Shown here piece by piece: positions 60,633 through 64,000 of a stretch of DNA of 64,000 nt. Source of the stretch: Candidatus Thorarchaeota archaeon (lineage in GTDB: Archaea; Asgardarchaeota; Thorarchaeia; Thorarchaeales; Thorarchaeaceae). The notes under the pieces are model-generated. The model was not told where the DNA came from, ran no database searches, and saw nothing but the letters and a program-made list of their open reading frames with translations. Position 1 is the first letter of the stretch. Every line of letters begins with the position of its first letter. Both the position numbers and the translations under genes were made by a program. The stretch covers positions 131,412 through 195,411 of the forward strand of contig JBHLRS010000002.1 of assembly GCA_048882325.1 (NCBI GenBank), given 5' to 3'.

Positions 60633-61715
60633 ATGAAATGGAGAATTCTATTGGTAATGACACTACTATTGGTTTCTCTCACCTTCACAAGTCCAACAAA
60701 AGTGGCATCTATTGAATTACCTTCAACCTCTGATATCCAAATCTTAATCCTTGTAGCGGACTTCTTTGGTTGGAACTATTTCGATGCAAAAGAGTATCTT
60801 GAGTCCTGGGGAGTTAATGTAACTACTGTCGCGTATTCACTCGACTATGATATAGATTCATGCCTGAATCGTGAACCACGACCTATCGTGGCAGACCTAC
60901 TGATATCCGAAATGACTCCTGAAATGATTTCCCAGTTTGACTCTCTTCTTATCACATCTGGGGGACACTGGGCAGGTCTGGTTGCAAACGAAACAGTCCT
61001 GAACTTCATATCGATGACATATGACTTGGGTTTGATAGTTGGTTCAATTTGCACCGGGACAAGGGTAGTAGCCGAGGCTAATGACATTGTGAATGGGAGC
61101 AAAGTTGTGTCGTTCACATTGAGTAGCCCACAAATGGTAGAAGCTGGCGCAAAGCCTATCTACGGAGTTGAAGCGGTTGCAGATGGCCGCATAATAACTG
61201 GGGGGCGTGGCGGCGGTACTGGAGGAGAAGGATGGTTTGAGGCACCAACTTCAGAAACATGCGCAGAAATTGTTCGAAGTGTACTTGGGTTATCAAGAGT
61301 GAATAGATCACTGGTCAGTCCCTACAAGGGTCCAGAAGGTACAAACTTCACAATCACGATGGAAATTAGCAATCTAAATGATACCCTTGGGGACATACTA
61401 TCAACTTCAGTAGATAGAGTCACAGCTGAAATCTATGCATTTGGTAATAGAACACTAGTTGACACTATTGAGCTAATTGATGATAATCAGGATGGAAATT
61501 ACACAGGGAATTTCATAGGCCTATTCGATGGCGACTATGTTGTGGATCTTGAGATTGAGGACTCTAACGAAACTATCGAGGTCGTCAGAGAGCTAGAATC
61601 TTTTGCTGTTGGTGTTGAGCCAACTAAACCAATTGATATAGTATTGGTTTCCACCATCACTGGTGGCAGTGTGATTATCATCCTTCTTGTAGTTGCACTA
61701 GTGAAGAAAAAATAG
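60633..61715 (+). CDS. secreted, membrane-anchored DJ-1/PfpI-domain protein
   Basis: Signal peptide; SGG, SICTG, DGRIITG; Ig-like domain; C-terminal TM followed by KKK. Confidence 0.85.
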   Translation: MKWRILLVMTLLLVSLTFTSPTKVASIELPSTSDIQILILVADFFGWNYFDAKEYLESWGVNVTTVAYSLDYDIDSCLNREPRPIVADLLISEMTPEMISQFDSLLITSGGHWAGLVANETVLNFISMTYDLGLIVGSICTGTRVVAEANDIVNGSKVVSFTLSSPQMVEAGAKPIYGVEAVADGRIITGGRGGGTGGEGWFEAPTSETCAEIVRSVLGLSRVNRSLVSPYKGPEGTNFTITMEISNLNDTLGDILSTSVDRVTAEIYAFGNRTLVDTIELIDDNQDGNYTGNFIGLFDGDYVVDLEIEDSNETIEVVRELESFAVGVEPTKPIDIVLVSTITGGSVIIILLVVALVKKK

Positions 61716-61722
61716 ATGCCCC

Positions 61723-62496
61723 TCATTTAGATGGTTTCAGATAGTAGGCATCCCAGTGATCTGGATTGGTGTATCCCAGTTTCAGTGCAAGATGGATAGA
61801 GGCTTCATTGGCTGCATCCCACTGGGGAACAAGGCCATTCTCCAGGGCATGAATGATGAGTGCTGAAGACACAACTGTCGCAAGGCCCTTCCTTCGGTGA
61901 TCAGAATCCAATGTATCAACCTCAATCTCGAACTCATCAATGAAAGGAGTGAATGTTGAAGCCATAGAAACCACTTCACCTCGATATTTGATACAATATC
62001 CGATTCCTACTCGGTGAAAATTCTCGGAACTTCCAAAGAAAGTAGGGATGTGCATTGCTTTTCTTTTGTCAATACGTCTGATTGTTTCCAGGTCCATGCG
62101 TTCAAGTGTGTAGTCAGGCGACAGCTCATCTCGAAGTTTCCGTAAGTGATCCAAATTTAGGGAATCAGGAGAGAGCAGAGTTCTGTGTTGAATTCCGATT
62201 CTGTTACCCCATTCACCTTTCAACAAGTTTGTCCAACATTCATCAGGTGCAAAGACAAGTTGTCCTGTGCCTAACATCTGGATGAACTCCAATGCATCAG
62301 TGCTTTCGCAATCACCTGCGACTGCATTGAGAATTGCAAGTTGCAACCTTGCAACCGTTGGCGCTTCTAATGAATTGACCCAAACGTTTCCTCGCCCCTG
62401 ATCCAATGCTGGGAAAATTATGGCGCGACCTCTTCTGTGATCTTCAAATAGCTGTCGAATGCTGGTTCGATCTTTCTTAGTCCACTCAACAATCAT
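61723..62496 (-). CDS. GNAT acetyltransferase
   Basis: EIEVDT..HRRKGLA, WDAANEASIHLALKLGY. Confidence 0.9.
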   Translation of the reverse strand: MIVEWTKKDRTSIRQLFEDHRRGRAIIFPALDQGRGNVWVNSLEAPTVARLQLAILNAVAGDCESTDALEFIQMLGTGQLVFAPDECWTNLLKGEWGNRIGIQHRTLLSPDSLNLDHLRKLRDELSPDYTLERMDLETIRRIDKRKAMHIPTFFGSSENFHRVGIGYCIKYRGEVVSMASTFTPFIDEFEIEVDTLDSDHRRKGLATVVSSALIIHALENGLVPQWDAANEASIHLALKLGYTNPDHWDAYYLKPSK

Positions 62497-62499
62497 GCA

Positions 62500-63144
62500 T
62501 CATTCGTACCCCTTCAGTGGTTCGCCATCTGATGGTACAACACAATTCACTTCCGGTCTGATATTACGGAGATTCTTACAGAAAGACTTGGGATTCCTCA
62601 TCAACCAGTGCATTGGTACAACTGTTGGAAGTGGATCTACCAAATTCTTGATCATCTCCAATGCTGTCTTTGGACCAGCTGCGAATCCGCCGCTTATCGG
62701 AATTGCTAGAACATCAACCTGTGTGGTAGGGAACCCATCAAATGACACAGCATCACCACAATGAGCAAATACGAAACCTCCTATTCTAACCTCAACTGCA
62801 AGGTTGTGGACTCCTTTGAAGAAACCGTGTCTTAACCTTTTGAATGTGAATGCACTAGACTTGAAATCGAACGTTTCTCCTTCAGTAACAGTCTTTACAC
62901 GTTCTCCAAACTCTAAGAAACCAGAGGTGACTTGCTCATTGCCAAGAAGAATGGCTTCGGAGTTTCTTGATAGAAATGGCTTTGCACCTCTTGTATGATC
63001 AAAGTGACTATGAGTGCAATATACAATGTCGCCATCCATCTCACCCACTTGCTTGTTTTGGGGATCGAGAAGAATTCTAGTGTCAGCAGCCTCGATAAAG
63101 AAACATGATTGCCCCAAAAAAGTGATACGAGGTAGTTCTGTCAT
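62500..63144 (-). CDS. MBL-fold hydrolase (UPF0173-like)
   Basis: FLGQSCF, THSHFDH, HCGD, VPMHW. Confidence 0.9.
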   Translation of the reverse strand: MTELPRITFLGQSCFFIEAADTRILLDPQNKQVGEMDGDIVYCTHSHFDHTRGAKPFLSRNSEAILLGNEQVTSGFLEFGERVKTVTEGETFDFKSSAFTFKRLRHGFFKGVHNLAVEVRIGGFVFAHCGDAVSFDGFPTTQVDVLAIPISGGFAAGPKTALEMIKNLVDPLPTVVPMHWLMRNPKSFCKNLRNIRPEVNCVVPSDGEPLKGYE

Positions 63145-63197
63145 TCAACAACACCTTCCCTTGATATGTACACCCCATTGATAAATTGCACCTAGAA

Positions 63198-63845
63198 CTA
63201 ATACTTGTACTTTCTAATCCTGTGCTCAGTTAGACGTAATGTTAGAAGGAGAAAATCAGAACCGTACGTTCTCAGAATTTGACCTATCTCCGCAAGAAGG
63301 CCAGGTAATTCAATTCGTATATACTCAAAGAGTTCTTCTTCAGACTCATCGAGAGCATCCATCATGTTTGATACATGGGCATGTACAGCTCCTTTGCTGA
63401 TTCTTCCTGAATCCTTTGCCATTAATCTCTCCAAGGCTTTCTGAATCTCCTCACCGACTATGTCAGAGTCCTCAACAACTTCACTCGTAACTTTCGAGCG
63501 AAGCTTCTTACCAAAATCGGGCTTGGTCTTGAGACTGCCAAGAGCTAGACGCATTTCATCTAATGGCATCTGAGGATGAAGCTCTTTCCCAACTTCTTTT
63601 CCGATCAAAAGTCTTCGATACGCACGTTTGCCATGAAGTCTCAGTGATGAAACATATCCCTTGGCTTCCATTTTCCTGAGAAACAATTTGAAAGTGCTCT
63701 CTGGCATCAATGAGCGAGATGCGGAGAGACGGATGTACCTCTGATAAAGGGCGTCTTCCATCTCTACAACAGTCCACCCAAATGAGCGCATGATATCAAG
63801 CTCAAGTGGAGTAGGTCCGTCAGTCTTGCCTCCACTCTCAGACAA
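63198..63845 (-). CDS. hypothetical protein with N-terminal wHTH-like domain
   Basis: TPLELDIM...FLRKMEAKGYV..GKRAYRR pattern. Confidence 0.7.
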   Translation of the reverse strand: MSESGGKTDGPTPLELDIMRSFGWTVVEMEDALYQRYIRLSASRSLMPESTFKLFLRKMEAKGYVSSLRLHGKRAYRRLLIGKEVGKELHPQMPLDEMRLALGSLKTKPDFGKKLRSKVTSEVVEDSDIVGEEIQKALERLMAKDSGRISKGAVHAHVSNMMDALDESEEELFEYIRIELPGLLAEIGQILRTYGSDFLLLTLRLTEHRIRKYKY

Positions 63846-64000
63846 TGTGATACCCCTATATTATACTCTAATTATCAATAGGATTTCTAATAAGTGTTCT
63901 AATAATACCCCCTTTCGTATAACGCAAACCAGAAGTAGTCTTAATGTCCTTAGCTCTCAACTATGGAGATTGACACGGATGCCATATATAGACTGTTAGC

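Overview
A gene-dense archaeal chromosomal segment, most likely from an Asgard archaeon (Thorarchaeia-like). This assignment is inferred from longin/Arf-like GTPase genes, a REC-PAS-histidine kinase, an archaeal signal peptidase and GGAGGT ribosome-binding sites. About 55 CDS are present, mostly metabolic or housekeeping: the end of DNA ligase, a TGT-fold protein, a radical SAM enzyme, LarB, AspA, GGT, a GH3 glucosidase, Kbl-like aminotransferase, PPase, NadA, TldD/PmbA, six GNATs and several transporters. No tRNA, rRNA, CRISPR array, transposase or integrase was seen. Highlights: (1) a NAD-kinase-fold/winged-HTH fusion with a degenerate GGDG motif, divergent from nadA across palindromic GGCAA-N3-TTGMC boxes, i.e. 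a candidate new NAD-sensing regulator, followed by a beta-CASP nuclease; (2) two tandem paralogues with longin-GTPase (or pseudo-GTPase)-longin-wHTH architecture, reminiscent of GATOR1 Nprl2/Nprl3; (3) an orphan Eco31I/Alw26I-type m6A plus circularly permuted m5C methylase pair, in one frame and separated by a single stop; (4) two single-gene cassettes bounded by copies of an MFS gene 3' end; (5) probable ATT/CTG start codons. All family assignments come from reading motifs by eye, not from database searches.
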